The notes beneath the pieces are model-generated. The model was not told the DNA's origin, did not search any database, and saw only the letters and a list, made by a program, of their open reading frames with translations. A program made the position numbers and the translations under genes. Of a stretch of DNA of 64,000 nucleotides, positions 1 to 9,370 are shown piece by piece; positions within the stretch are counted from its first letter, which is position 1; each line of letters begins with the position of its first letter. Origin of the DNA: Candidatus Limiplasma sp. (lineage in GTDB: Bacteria > Bacillota > Clostridia > Christensenellales > Aristaeellaceae). The stretch is taken from NCBI GenBank assembly GCA_963674895.2, contig CAXXCY010000001.1:189567-253566 (forward strand), read 5' to 3'.

Positions 1-560
1 GCACGCTGCTCAAGGACGGCAAGCCGATCCGGCTCAAAGATCCGGAGGACGCGATCTTCCACAGGATCGGCTACGTGCCCGAGGACCGCCTGAGCGAGGG
101 ACTGTTCCTGCCTCGGTCGATCGCCGATAACGTGATCGTTTCGGAAATCGACCGTTTGGCAAACAACCTGCATGTGGTACAGCGCGACAAACGGCAGGAG
201 GAGGTCAACCGCTGGGTGGCGCGCATGACCATCGCCACGCCCAACCCGGACAACGCGTGCTCCACGCTGTCGGGCGGAAACCAGCAGCGCGTGGTGCTGG
301 CCAAGTGGCTGGCGTGCAACCTGGACGTGCTGGTTTTAAACGGCCCGACCGTCGGGGTGGACATCGGTTCCAAGCACGATATCCACGCGATCCTGCAGTC
401 GCTCGCGGACGAGGGCATGGCCATCATCATCATCTCGGACGACCTGCCGGAGATGCTGGTGAACTGCTCCAGCCTCATGGTGCTCAAGGAGGGCCGCGTA
501 GCGGCGATGCTCACGCCGGGCGAATCGACCGAGCAGAGCGTGCTTTCCTATATGCTCTGA
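1..560 (+). CDS. sugar ABC transporter ATP-binding protein, C-terminal part (5' end outside window; CUT2, RbsA/AraG/MglA-like second NBD)
   Basis: Reading frame is open to the left edge (TLLKDGKPIRL...GYVPEDRLSEG). ABC signature LSGGNQQRV and SDDLPEM region are present. Walker B position reads VLVLNGPT (see findings). Confidence 0.85.
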   Translation, partial: TLLKDGKPIRLKDPEDAIFHRIGYVPEDRLSEGLFLPRSIADNVIVSEIDRLANNLHVVQRDKRQEEVNRWVARMTIATPNPDNACSTLSGGNQQRVVLAKWLACNLDVLVLNGPTVGVDIGSKHDIHAILQSLADEGMAIIIISDDLPEMLVNCSSLMVLKEGRVAAMLTPGESTEQSVLSYML

Positions 561-626
561 TTTTTTCACGGCCCCGCCGCCCCGGGACATCCCATCGCCC
601 GCAGCCATACAAACGGAGGGATTACA

Positions 627-1655
627 TTGCACAAAACGCTCAGGAAACTTTCGCAGCGGAACGAATCGTATATCGCCATCGTGCTGTTCGTGCTGTTCCT
701 GCTCATCGAGGTGCGGTCCAGGCAATTTTTCACGCCGAACAATATCGTGGATATTCTGTCGGCGATGGTGGTTTCCGGCATCTTTGCCATCGGCACCTTT
801 ATGGTGATCATCTCCGGCGGCATCGACGTATCGTTCCCTGCCCTGGCGTCCTTAAGCTCGTACGCGATCACCAGGCTGCTGCTGGACGCCGATTACCAGG
901 GCGGCATATGGCTGCCGATCCTGATGGCGGTCGTCCTCGGCGGGGTGCTGGGCGCGTTCAACGGGTTTTTTATCGGCTACCTCGGCCTTCCCGCGCTGAT
1001 CGTGACGCTCGGTTCGGCCAGCGTGTTCAAAGGGTTTATGCAGGGGACGCTCAAATCCGTCCAGTTGGCGGTGATCCCGCCCGGCATGAAGGACTTCGGC
1101 ACCTCCGCGCTGTTTGTGGCGACCAACGCGGAGTCGGGCCTCACGTCCAGGATGCACTCGTCGATCCTCGTGTTTCTCGTGCTGCTGATCGTCGCGTGGT
1201 TCATCCTGCGCAAAACGATGTTCGGCCGCGGCATCTACGCCATCGGCGGCAACGCCGTAAGCGCCCTGCGCGCGGGGTTCAGCGTAAAGTGGACCAAGTT
1301 CTGGCTGTATGTGTTCGTCGGCGTGGTGTCCAGCCTCGCCGGGCTGATGCGCACCTGCATGATGACGCAGATGCACCCCACCAACATGCTGGGGATGGAG
1401 ATGAACATCATCGCGGGCGTGGTGCTGGGCGGCACGGCGATCACCGGCGGCGCGGGAACACTGACGGGCTGTATGCTGGGGACGCTGCTGATCGTCGTGG
1501 TGGAAAACTCCATGATTTTAATCGGCGTACCGACGATATGGAAAAGCGTGTTCGTCGGCGCGCTGATCATCATCGGCATCGGGGTGAGCGCCATGCAGGT
1601 ATATCGCGCGAACTCCATCCACCGCAGCCGCAAGCTTTCCAGGGAGGTGGGCTAA
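627..1655 (+). CDS. monosaccharide ABC transporter permease (RbsC/AraH-type)
   Basis: 342-aa multi-helix hydrophobic protein with GGIDVSFPA and [11 protein letters not shown] motifs typical of CUT2 permeases. GGAGGG lies 8 nt before the TTG start. Confidence 0.85.
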   Translation: MHKTLRKLSQRNESYIAIVLFVLFLLIEVRSRQFFTPNNIVDILSAMVVSGIFAIGTFMVIISGGIDVSFPALASLSSYAITRLLLDADYQGGIWLPILMAVVLGGVLGAFNGFFIGYLGLPALIVTLGSASVFKGFMQGTLKSVQLAVIPPGMKDFGTSALFVATNAESGLTSRMHSSILVFLVLLIVAWFILRKTMFGRGIYAIGGNAVSALRAGFSVKWTKFWLYVFVGVVSSLAGLMRTCMMTQMHPTNMLGMEMNIIAGVVLGGTAITGGAGTLTGCMLGTLLIVVVENSMILIGVPTIWKSVFVGALIIIGIGVSAMQVYRANSIHRSRKLSREVG

Positions 1656-2708
1656 GTGCAAAGGAACCTGAACCAGTCCTTCCTGGGCAGAATTTATGGG
1701 AAGGACAAGCACCTGTTCCGCATCATTCTGATGATTGTCGCCTGGTCCGCGTTCATGGCGCTGACCAAGTTTGAGAAGTTCTACACGCCGATCAACTTCC
1801 AGACCATGGCGTCCCAGTTTCCGGAGTTCGGGCTGATGGCCCTGGGAATCATGCTGTGCATGCTCACCGGCGGCATCGACCTGTCGGTGGTCGGCGTGGC
1901 GAACCTGACCTCGATATTAATGGCCCTCCTGATGAAAAACATGGAGCTCCCGGACGGCGGGCTTGCCTTCTACGTCATTCCGCTCTCCTTCGTGCTCGCG
2001 TTGGGGATCGGCGCGGCGGCCGGGGCTTTCAACGGGTTTCTGGTCTCCAAGGTGCATATTCCGCCGATCCTGGCCACGCTTGGCACCAGCGAGCTGTTCA
2101 CGGGAGTAAGCATCGTGATCACCAACGGCAAGGCCGTCAGCAAGCTGGCGCGGGTGTACGCGCTGACCATCAATTCCAAACTCTTCGGCGTGGTTCCGGT
2201 GCAGCTGCTCTTCTTCGCAGGCGTCGCGCTTGCTATCTGGTTTTTACTCATGCGCACGACCTACGGCACGAAGCTCTACATGCTGGGAACGTCGGCGACG
2301 GCCGCGAAATTCTCGGGGCTCAAGATCGACCGCCTGCTGATCAAAACGTATATGCTCTCTGGCATGTGCGCGGCGCTGGGCGGCATGATCATGCTCGCGA
2401 ACTACAATTCCGCGCGCGCCGACTACGGCACGGTGTACACGCTGCAGTGCGTGCTGATCGTGGTGCTGGGCGGCGTGAACCCGATCGGGGGCAGCGGCAG
2501 GATTTCCGGCGTGGTGCTTGCGACCATCCTGCTCAAGATGCTGGAAACCGGGCTGAACCGCTTTCCGAAGGTCTCCAGCTATTACATCTCGCTGATCTGG
2601 GGCGGCGTGCTGCTGCTGGTGATGGTGCTCAACTATTTTTCCGACAACAATATCCGGCTGTTCCGGCATCGAAGGAAGATTTCGCTGGACGGCGGACTTT
2701 CATCCTGA
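1656..2708 (+). CDS. monosaccharide ABC transporter permease (second RbsC/AraH-type subunit)
   Basis: 350-aa hydrophobic protein with GGIDLSVVGV and GGVNPIGGSG motifs. The GTG start directly follows the stop of the upstream permease, with GGAGGTGGG upstream. Confidence 0.85.
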   Translation: MQRNLNQSFLGRIYGKDKHLFRIILMIVAWSAFMALTKFEKFYTPINFQTMASQFPEFGLMALGIMLCMLTGGIDLSVVGVANLTSILMALLMKNMELPDGGLAFYVIPLSFVLALGIGAAAGAFNGFLVSKVHIPPILATLGTSELFTGVSIVITNGKAVSKLARVYALTINSKLFGVVPVQLLFFAGVALAIWFLLMRTTYGTKLYMLGTSATAAKFSGLKIDRLLIKTYMLSGMCAALGGMIMLANYNSARADYGTVYTLQCVLIVVLGGVNPIGGSGRISGVVLATILLKMLETGLNRFPKVSSYYISLIWGGVLLLVMVLNYFSDNNIRLFRHRRKISLDGGLSS

Positions 2709-2733
2709 CGGAATTCTTTGGGAGGCGTTTTCG

Positions 2734-3171
2734 ATGCTGAAAGGAATCTCCACCTTGCTATCCCCCGATCTTCTGCGCGTGCTGGCGGCCATGGGCCACG
2801 GGGACGAGATCGTAATCGGGGACGGGAACTTTCCCGCCGATTCGATGGGCAAGCGCTGCATCCGCGCGGACGGGCACGGCGCCAACGAGCTGCTGGACGC
2901 GATTTTGCAGGTGCTGCCGCTGGATGAATTCGTGGAGGCACCCGTCACGCTGATGCAGGTCGTGCCAGGCAGTTTGCCGGGCGATCCGCCGATCTGGAGC
3001 GAGTTTCGAAAGACGGTTAACCGGTACGAACCCGGCGTGAAGATCGGATTTGAAGAGCGGTTTGCTTTTTACGAGCGCAGCAAAAAAGCGTACGCCACCA
3101 TCCAGACAGGCGAAAGCGCGCTGTACGCCTGCGTGATCCTGACAAAAGGAGTCATCCGGCCTAAAGCGTAG
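2734..3171 (+). CDS. fucU: L-fucose mutarotase / RbsD-FucU family protein
   Basis: 145 aa. MLKGISTLLSPDLLRVLAAMGHGDEIVIGDGNFPA and RFAFYERSKKAYA closely parallel E. coli FucU ([26 protein letters not shown]...). Confidence 0.85.
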   Translation: MLKGISTLLSPDLLRVLAAMGHGDEIVIGDGNFPADSMGKRCIRADGHGANELLDAILQVLPLDEFVEAPVTLMQVVPGSLPGDPPIWSEFRKTVNRYEPGVKIGFEERFAFYERSKKAYATIQTGESALYACVILTKGVIRPKA

Positions 3172-3192
3172 AAGCGCAGAAAAGAAAATACC

Positions 3193-3217
3193 AAAGGCCG
3201 CGCAAAGCGCGGCCTTT
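3193..3217. terminator. bidirectional stem-loop between convergent fucU and the rpiB-like gene
   Basis: Perfect 11-bp stem AAAGGCCGCGC / GCGCGGCCTTT with a 3-nt loop. A/T runs on both sides. Confidence 0.5.
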
Positions 3218-3237
3218 GTCATACGTGATATGGGTTT

Positions 3238-3834
3238 TCAGCAGTGCATCGGCGAAGGCTGGTCGTCCTCCGGCTTGACCTCGAGTTTGATGTCGAAGTC
3301 GCCCAGATGCTTGAGCTTGAACCCGTTCTTTTTATATTCCTCAAAGTCGAAGGCGTCCAGCTCGTCGATGGAGAGCTTGTGGAACTCGTAAAAATTATGC
3401 CACCACTCGTAGCCGCTTCCCAGCTCCGCGCCCAGATACGCGTCCGCGATATCGCAGCCCATCTGCGGCGCGACGTAGAACGCGCCCATCGCCAGCACAT
3501 TCACGCCGTTGCCCGTGATGGCGCGCAGCGCGGCGGGCACGCTTTCCACCACGCCGGCGAACACGTGCGGGCATTTGCTCGCCGCGATATGGATGCCCAT
3601 GCCGGTGCCGCAAAAGATCAGCGCGCGCTCAAACTCGCGTTCGGCGATCATCGCCCCCACGCGCAGGCCGACCCTGTGAAACATCAGGTCCGTATCCTCC
3701 ACGGTCGGGTCCGTCACGCCGACGTCAGTTATCTCCCAGCCCTTCTTCCGCAGGTGGTCGCACACGGCTTCCTTCAGGGGATAGCCCGCAAAATCCGCCC
3801 CTATGAGCAGCTGTTTATCCTTGATCATTTTCAT
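3238..3834 (-). CDS. RpiB/LacA/LacB family sugar-phosphate isomerase with C-terminal extension
   Basis: 198 aa. The N-terminal ~145 aa carry the family pattern (LIGADFAGYPLK, IFCGTGMGIHIAASK, VLAMGA). About 50 extra acidic residues follow at the C-terminus. GGAGG RBS before the ATG. Confidence 0.8.
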   Translation of the reverse strand: MKMIKDKQLLIGADFAGYPLKEAVCDHLRKKGWEITDVGVTDPTVEDTDLMFHRVGLRVGAMIAEREFERALIFCGTGMGIHIAASKCPHVFAGVVESVPAALRAITGNGVNVLAMGAFYVAPQMGCDIADAYLGAELGSGYEWWHNFYEFHKLSIDELDAFDFEEYKKNGFKLKHLGDFDIKLEVKPEDDQPSPMHC

Positions 3835-3871
3835 CGTTCGTACCTCCTTGCAGTGCAGCGCGTCTTCCCCT

Positions 3872-3901
3872 ATTTTACCATAATCAAGGAGGTTGATTCA
3901 A
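3872..3901 (-). promoter_or_regulatory. candidate sigma-70-type promoter for the rpiB-like gene
   Basis: On the minus strand: TTGAAT, 18-nt spacer, TGgTAAAAT (extended -10), about 40 nt upstream of the ATG at 3834. Confidence 0.3.
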
Positions 3902-4020
3902 GGAAACGGGCGGATTGTGCCCGTAGAATCCCGTTGGAATATCAGGTATTCGAAATTCGATTCGGCCTTGCGTTTACAGGGGAGCGAACGGCTCCCCCGG
4001 ACGAATGCGGCGCCCGACGG

Positions 4021-5007
4021 TCAGGGCAGCGGCAGCACGCACACACTGCCGGGCATCGGAAGCGACGCGGCGATCCGTCCGTCCCGCAGAAGGTTCAATC
4101 CTTCCCCCTGGCAGGCGACCAGCGCCCCGTTTTCCGGCAGCGGCGCAAAATCGCGCGGCGTTTTCCCCACGTTGCGCCAGACGGTTTCCCTGCGCAAAGG
4201 GAACAGCGAGAACACGGCGATGCTGTCCTCCCCGCGGTTGGACACATAGGCGTACTTAGCGTCCGCGCTCAGTTTGATCGCGGCCGCCGTGCTTGGGCGT
4301 TCCCCGTCCTCCAGCGTGGAAACGCCGCCGTACAGGCTTCCCGTATCCGTGCGGAAATCCACACGGTAGAGTTTATTGCCCAGCTCCGTGGCCAGCCAGC
4401 CCGTACCGTCCGGCCCGTACGCAAGGTGGCGCGGGCCTTCCCCCGGCGGCAGCGCAACCCGGTAGCGCTCGGACAGCCGTCCGGTTTCCCGGTCCTGTCC
4501 GTAGACGACCAGCGCGTCGATGCCCAGGTCCGCCACGCAGACCATGCCCGGCAGATGCGAAATATAAGCCGCCTGATGGACGTGCGGCGACGTTTGCCGT
4601 ACGGGATGCGCACTGCTTCCCTGATGCTGTATCAGCTGGATACGGGGCGCTAGACGCCCTCCCCGCAGCTCAAACACCGCGAGCGACCCCGACATGTAGT
4701 TGGACACGAGCAAAAACCGTCCGTCAGGCGAGACCCCGATATGGCAGGGCGCGTTTCCGCCGGTCGGCTGCCTGCCTAAAAGCCGCAGACCGGCGGGCGT
4801 TACCTCGAGTTCGCTTACGCAGCCCTTCTCCGGCTCCGGCATATCGCTGCTTGTTGCGTACACCAGCCCGCCAGGCCCGGCCGACAGCCAGCTCGGGTCC
4901 GCATAACCGCCGTCCTGCCATAATAGGGCGAGGTTGTTTTGATGCAGGCGCACCCGCGCGATCCCCGGCCCGCCCAGGCGGGTCAGCGTTCCGATCAGGA
5001 AATCCAT
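4021..5007 (-). CDS. lactonase, 7-bladed beta-propeller family (6-phosphogluconolactonase-like)
   Basis: 328 aa starting MDFLIGTL. Repeated propeller-blade pattern (HIGVSPDGRFLLVSNYMSGSLAVF, PRHLAYGPDG, AYVSNRGEDSIAVF). The ATG overlaps the kinase stop (ATGA at 5005-5008). The longer upstream part of the track ORF overlaps the kinase gene and was discarded. Confidence 0.75.
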   Translation of the reverse strand: MDFLIGTLTRLGGPGIARVRLHQNNLALLWQDGGYADPSWLSAGPGGLVYATSSDMPEPEKGCVSELEVTPAGLRLLGRQPTGGNAPCHIGVSPDGRFLLVSNYMSGSLAVFELRGGRLAPRIQLIQHQGSSAHPVRQTSPHVHQAAYISHLPGMVCVADLGIDALVVYGQDRETGRLSERYRVALPPGEGPRHLAYGPDGTGWLATELGNKLYRVDFRTDTGSLYGGVSTLEDGERPSTAAAIKLSADAKYAYVSNRGEDSIAVFSLFPLRRETVWRNVGKTPRDFAPLPENGALVACQGEGLNLLRDGRIAASLPMPGSVCVLPLP

Positions 5008-6749
5008 CACAGCGTCTTCTCCTTCGTCATGTAGCATTCCCAGGGGATATCGATTTGAATGCGGCTTTCCCGGCCCCGGTCGCACCGGATCGTCAGGTGC
5101 TGGTCGTCGCCATACAGCAGGCGGAGCCGCTGCAGCACGCAGCGCAGGCCGAACCCTTTCATCTTCCGGGTCAGCGTCGGGTTGATGCTGGCCCTTTGAA
5201 TCGCGTCGATCACCTGCGGGCTGATGGTGCCGCCGTTGTCCGTGACGGATATCGTCAGCCTGCCGCCGCCGCGGCATGCGGAAATACGGATGTTCCTGGA
5301 CTTTTCGTTGCCGCCGTGCACCAGGGCGTTCTCCACCAGCGGCTGCAGCAGCATATTGGGAACCCGTCCGTCCAGCAGGGAGTCCTCGATGTCGATGGCC
5401 AGCACGTTTTCGTCGCCGTAGATGGCGCGGTAGATGGAGATGTATTCCTGGACATAGCGGATTTCAGCCCGGAGGCTAGTGAATTTGTTCTCCACCCCGT
5501 TCATATTGTCCCGCAGATACTGGCTGGCGCTGACGGATAGCTGGCTGATTTCGTTCCAGTTGCCCATCAGGGCCTGGGAGTTGATCGAGGAGAGGATATT
5601 GCAGATAAAATGCGGGCTGATCTGGGATTGGAGCGAGCGGTATTTGAGCTCCAGCATCTCGTACTCCGCCTGCTGCTTCTCGGTGGCGCGCTGCACCATC
5701 TGCTTTGTGGTTTCCCGAAGCCTGCCCTGCATCCACCGGAAGCGGTCCGCCAGTTCGCCGATCTCGTCGTGCCCCCGCACATCTATTTTCTCTTCGAAGT
5801 TGCCGGAGCTGACCTCCGTCATCGCCGCGAGCAGGCGCTTGACATTGCCGGTCAGGGAATGGGTAATCATCGCGCCCAGGAGCATGGCAATCACCGCGGC
5901 GATCGCGCCGCAGATCACACAGGCCCGGGCAATGGAACGGGACAGCGCCAGCATTTCCGTAAACGAAACCAAATGGACGATATGCCACCCGTAACGGCTG
6001 TCCGAGCTGACCGTCAGCCAATACGCTTTTCCGTCGATTTTGATTTCCCGGCTGACCGGCAGATAGGTATCCCCGATGGCTTCCCGCACCGCTTCCATCC
6101 GGTCTTCCGTCAGGCCCCCGGTTTGCAGCACGACGGTCCATTGTTTTGTCAGCACACCCGCCGCGCCGTCGATATCCCCGTCCAGCCCGAGTGTGGATTT
6201 CAGCTGCGCGCCGTCCACATGCGCCACCAGAAACCCTGTAAACTGCAGGGGCGTGATATCGGAAACCGTTTTTTTCAGGTAGACCTCGCCGTCGTCGCCG
6301 GCAAACCAGAGGCTGAAATATGCGTTGAGCTCGTCCATGCGGCTTTCCACCAGGCTGATGATCGGCTCCGGCCTTTCGATGACGCTGCTGGTGCCGAAAT
6401 ACATCGTCCCCGCGAGATCGACGGCCAGCATGCTGGTGAAGTAGGAATTGTTCTGGCACATGTTGCGCAGGTCCTGTTCGATCTCCAGGCGTTTCCTCTG
6501 CTCCGTCGTCTTCGCGTCCAGGGTTTCAGCCAGCGCGACGCTCTGGTACAGGTTAAAAAAGCTCTGCTCCATATCCGCCGTCACCAGTTTCGTGCTGGAG
6601 CAAAGCTGCCGGGTGTACGTATTGTATTCCTCGGTTTTGTCCGTAAGCAAGGTTTGCCTGAGGATCGTGCCCGCATACACGGCGATCATCAGCAGTACCA
6701 TGCTGGCCGCGGCCAGATAGGTCAGCAGTATTTTAACGCGGAGTTTCAT
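5007..6749 (-). CDS. sensor histidine kinase, YesM/LytS-type (HAMP + His_kinase + HATPase_c)
   Basis: 580 aa with an N-terminal TM helix, an extracytoplasmic region and a second TM helix plus HAMP. Motifs: YRSLQSQISPHFICN (PF06580-type H-box), VTDNGGTI and GFGLRCV (ATPase). Confidence 0.85.
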   Translation of the reverse strand: MKLRVKILLTYLAAASMVLLMIAVYAGTILRQTLLTDKTEEYNTYTRQLCSSTKLVTADMEQSFFNLYQSVALAETLDAKTTEQRKRLEIEQDLRNMCQNNSYFTSMLAVDLAGTMYFGTSSVIERPEPIISLVESRMDELNAYFSLWFAGDDGEVYLKKTVSDITPLQFTGFLVAHVDGAQLKSTLGLDGDIDGAAGVLTKQWTVVLQTGGLTEDRMEAVREAIGDTYLPVSREIKIDGKAYWLTVSSDSRYGWHIVHLVSFTEMLALSRSIARACVICGAIAAVIAMLLGAMITHSLTGNVKRLLAAMTEVSSGNFEEKIDVRGHDEIGELADRFRWMQGRLRETTKQMVQRATEKQQAEYEMLELKYRSLQSQISPHFICNILSSINSQALMGNWNEISQLSVSASQYLRDNMNGVENKFTSLRAEIRYVQEYISIYRAIYGDENVLAIDIEDSLLDGRVPNMLLQPLVENALVHGGNEKSRNIRISACRGGGRLTISVTDNGGTISPQVIDAIQRASINPTLTRKMKGFGLRCVLQRLRLLYGDDQHLTIRCDRGRESRIQIDIPWECYMTKEKTL

Positions 6750-7489
6750 GCGTTGGTCTCCGATCCGTTGCGGTAATCCCGGGGGGAAACGCCCGTGTTT
6801 TTCACAAATACGTGATAAAACGAAATGTAGTTTTTATAGCCGACGACGGACGCGATTTCCTCAATCCGGTAATTCGGGTCCCGCAAAAGCCGCTTGGCCA
6901 GCGACAGGCGCGACTCGATCACCCATTCCAGGTAATTCTTGCCGGAGTTTTTTTTGATCAGGGTTGAGATATAGGAAGGCGTCAGCTCAAAGTGCCGGGC
7001 CAGCGCCTGCAGGGAAAGCTGCTCGCCGGGATTGTCCCGGATATAGTCAAGAATCCGGGAGGTGATCAGCGAGCCGCCCTCGATTTTTTCCGGCGCGGGA
7101 CCCTCCGGCGCTTCCGTTTCCTCGATGATGCGCTGCACGACCCGGATGAGCTTCTCGTTGTCAAAGGGTTTAAGCATATAATGATAGGCCCGCAGGTCCA
7201 GCGCCTTTTTCGCGTAATGGAAATCGTCGTACGCGCTGATGTAGATGACCTTTGTTTTGGGGGATACCCTGCGCGTCAGCTCAACCATCTGCAGCCCGTC
7301 CATGCCGGGCATGCGGATATCGGCGATCACAATATCCGGCTTCTTCTGGATAATCAGCGCGCGGCCGCTTACGCCGTCGTACGCCACGCCCACGACGGCG
7401 CAGCGCAAAGAATCCCACGCGATGGCGGTGGCGAGCATATCCGCCGTCGCGCGGTTATCATCCATGATCGCTACCGAATAGACTGCCAA
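6746..7489 (-). CDS. response regulator with AraC-type HTH output (YesN-like)
   Basis: 247 aa. Receiver motifs (VAIMDDN, IVIADIRMPGMDGL, KP) and a C-terminal AraC HTH (YISFYHVFVKNTGVSPRDYR). TTG start with AAGGATGA upstream. The stop overlaps the kinase ATG (ATGA). Confidence 0.85.
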   Translation of the reverse strand: MAVYSVAIMDDNRATADMLATAIAWDSLRCAVVGVAYDGVSGRALIIQKKPDIVIADIRMPGMDGLQMVELTRRVSPKTKVIYISAYDDFHYAKKALDLRAYHYMLKPFDNEKLIRVVQRIIEETEAPEGPAPEKIEGGSLITSRILDYIRDNPGEQLSLQALARHFELTPSYISTLIKKNSGKNYLEWVIESRLSLAKRLLRDPNYRIEEIASVVGYKNYISFYHVFVKNTGVSPRDYRNGSETNA

Positions 7490-7498
7490 CTTATCCCA

Positions 7499-8335
7499 TC
7501 ATCCTTTGACGGCCCCCGACATAATGCCGCTGACGATATAGCGCTGCGCGAACAGGTATAAAACCAGCACCGGGATCATACACAGCGTGAAGAAGGCGAA
7601 CGCAAGGTTTACATCCACGCCGGATTCGCTGCGGTATACAAACTGCGCGAGCGGGAGGGTCCGGTACTGGGAGGACTGGAGAATGGTTACGGAAACGTAA
7701 AAATCGTTCCAGGAAAACAGCGTGTTGAGCACCAGCATCGTGACGTTGATCGGCTTCATCAGCGGGAAGACCACGCGCCAGAACGTGGAAAAGATCGAGG
7801 CGCCGTCGATATTGGCCGCTTCCTCGAGCTCGGCCGGAACGGTGCGCACGAAATCCGTGGTGATCAGGACGCAGATGCCGATCTGAAATCCGGTCCGGAC
7901 GATGATAAAGCCCGGCAGCGAGTTCATCAGCCCGATGGACTTCAGGTTCACGTAGGTCGGGAACATAATGCACTGAAACGGGATCAGTATACCCATCAGG
8001 AAGATGTAGTAGATCAGATTATATGCTTTATGGCGGCTCCTTGCAAGCACGTAGGAAGCCATCGGCGTGATTACGGTCAGGATCAGGACGATCGCCGAGG
8101 TTGTGATCAGGCTGTTGACAAAGCCCGTCTGAAAGTCCCGGTTCTCCACGATCACGTCCCGGAAATTCCCCAGATACAGGCTGTCCGGCAGGGCAAGCGG
8201 GGTGCCCGTGCCCATTTCCGCCGGGGTTTTCAAAGCGTAGACGAAGCTGATATACAGCGGGGACACAAACAAAAGCGTAATCACGATCACCGCGAAGATC
8301 CGCAGCCCGGCCGCCGCTTTCCGGCGCCTGAGCAA
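7499..8335 (-). CDS. carbohydrate ABC transporter permease (CUT1, MalG-like)
   Basis: 278 aa with 6 hydrophobic segments. EAA-loop region EEAANIDGASIFSTFWRVVFPLMKP. TTG start assumed. Confidence 0.85.
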   Translation of the reverse strand: MLRRRKAAAGLRIFAVIVITLLFVSPLYISFVYALKTPAEMGTGTPLALPDSLYLGNFRDVIVENRDFQTGFVNSLITTSAIVLILTVITPMASYVLARSRHKAYNLIYYIFLMGILIPFQCIMFPTYVNLKSIGLMNSLPGFIIVRTGFQIGICVLITTDFVRTVPAELEEAANIDGASIFSTFWRVVFPLMKPINVTMLVLNTLFSWNDFYVSVTILQSSQYRTLPLAQFVYRSESGVDVNLAFAFFTLCMIPVLVLYLFAQRYIVSGIMSGAVKG

Positions 8336-8377
8336 GGACCCGCCTAACGGGCGGCGGGGACAGCCGTACGCTGGTCA

Positions 8378-9265
8378 TTACGCATCCACTCCCTTCGAAC
8401 GGAAGAATTTGGAGATCAGAAAGGAGATCACCAGCAGGATCACGGTCATGATCACCGCTGCCGCCTGCCCGTATCCGGCTTTGCTGTTGCCGAAAATATT
8501 GTTGTAGATAAACATGGCCATCGTCAGCGTCGTGTTCCGGCCGGGGCCGCCGTACGTCGTAGCCATGACGGAATCAAACACCTTCAGCCCCCACGCCAGC
8601 AGCAGGGAGACGTTCACCGAAAACGCGGGGAGGATGAGCGGCGCCGTGATCGTAAAGAACTTCTGAATGCCGTTCGCGCCCTCCACGCTCGCGGCCTCGT
8701 AGTATTCCTGCGGGACGCCCTGCAGCGCGGCGATATAAATCAGCATGCAGTATCCGCTGGTGCGCCAAACGGAGATCACCGCGATGCCGAACATCGCCTG
8801 CGATTTGACGCCCAGGGGGCTGGGGACGTTGAACAGGGGCGAATACACGGTGTTGAAGATATATTTCCACACAAAAGCCGCGGTCAGCATGCTGATGACG
8901 TAGGGCATGAAAACCAGAGTCCGGCTTATATTGTTGATTCGGGTCGATTTCTGGATCAGCAGGGCGATCAAAAGCCCGATCACGTTGGACAGCACGACGT
9001 AATACAGCGTGAACTGGAACGTGTTCCCGATGGATTTCCAGAAAACTGAGGAATTGAACAGGTTGACATAGTTTTTCAGCCCCACGAATTCCGATTGGGA
9101 CGATACCAGATTCCAGTTGGTCAGCGAGTAGGGAATCCCCTGGAAAAACGGCAATACCACCGTCAGCAGGTACAGGATAAGGGCGGGCGCGACGAAGCCC
9201 GCGTACACGATTCTTCGGCTGCGGCTGTAGCTGTTGCGCGGCAGGATGGCGCGCCGGACTCTCAT
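8378..9265 (-). CDS. carbohydrate ABC transporter permease (CUT1, MalF/UgpA-like)
   Basis: EAA loop YEAASVEGANGIQKFFTITAPLILP, 6 TM segments. Start placed at ATG 9265. The GTG at 9280 offered by the ORF track has no spacing to an RBS, so the start is uncertain. Confidence 0.8.
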   Translation of the reverse strand: MRVRRAILPRNSYSRSRRIVYAGFVAPALILYLLTVVLPFFQGIPYSLTNWNLVSSQSEFVGLKNYVNLFNSSVFWKSIGNTFQFTLYYVVLSNVIGLLIALLIQKSTRINNISRTLVFMPYVISMLTAAFVWKYIFNTVYSPLFNVPSPLGVKSQAMFGIAVISVWRTSGYCMLIYIAALQGVPQEYYEAASVEGANGIQKFFTITAPLILPAFSVNVSLLLAWGLKVFDSVMATTYGGPGRNTTLTMAMFIYNNIFGNSKAGYGQAAAVIMTVILLVISFLISKFFRSKGVDA

Positions 9266-9300
9266 TTGCAAGGCAAGCACTCCTCAAGATAAAGAATAGG

Positions 9301-9332
9301 GCGGGTTCGCACGTATCGCGGAACGAACCCGC
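9301..9332 (-). other. intercistronic stem-loop between the binding-protein and permease genes
   Basis: 9-bp GC-rich stem GCGGGTTCG / CGAACCCGC with a 14-nt loop, followed on the transcribed strand by a T-containing tract. This is the usual position of an SBP-mRNA stabiliser or attenuator. Confidence 0.4.
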
Positions 9333-9370
9333 CTGTTTCCGGGTATTATAAGCTGTTCAGACAGTATTCG

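Noticed and set aside
257-1774. 505-aa plus-strand ORF out of frame with the ABC ATPase and permease genes. The same applies to similar shadow ORFs at 3244-4653, 12156-13463, 25312-26835, 36331-37419 and 37004-38242.
   Set aside because: These overlap better-supported genes in another frame or strand, are compositionally biased (R/A/G/P) and have no RBS or domain signal.
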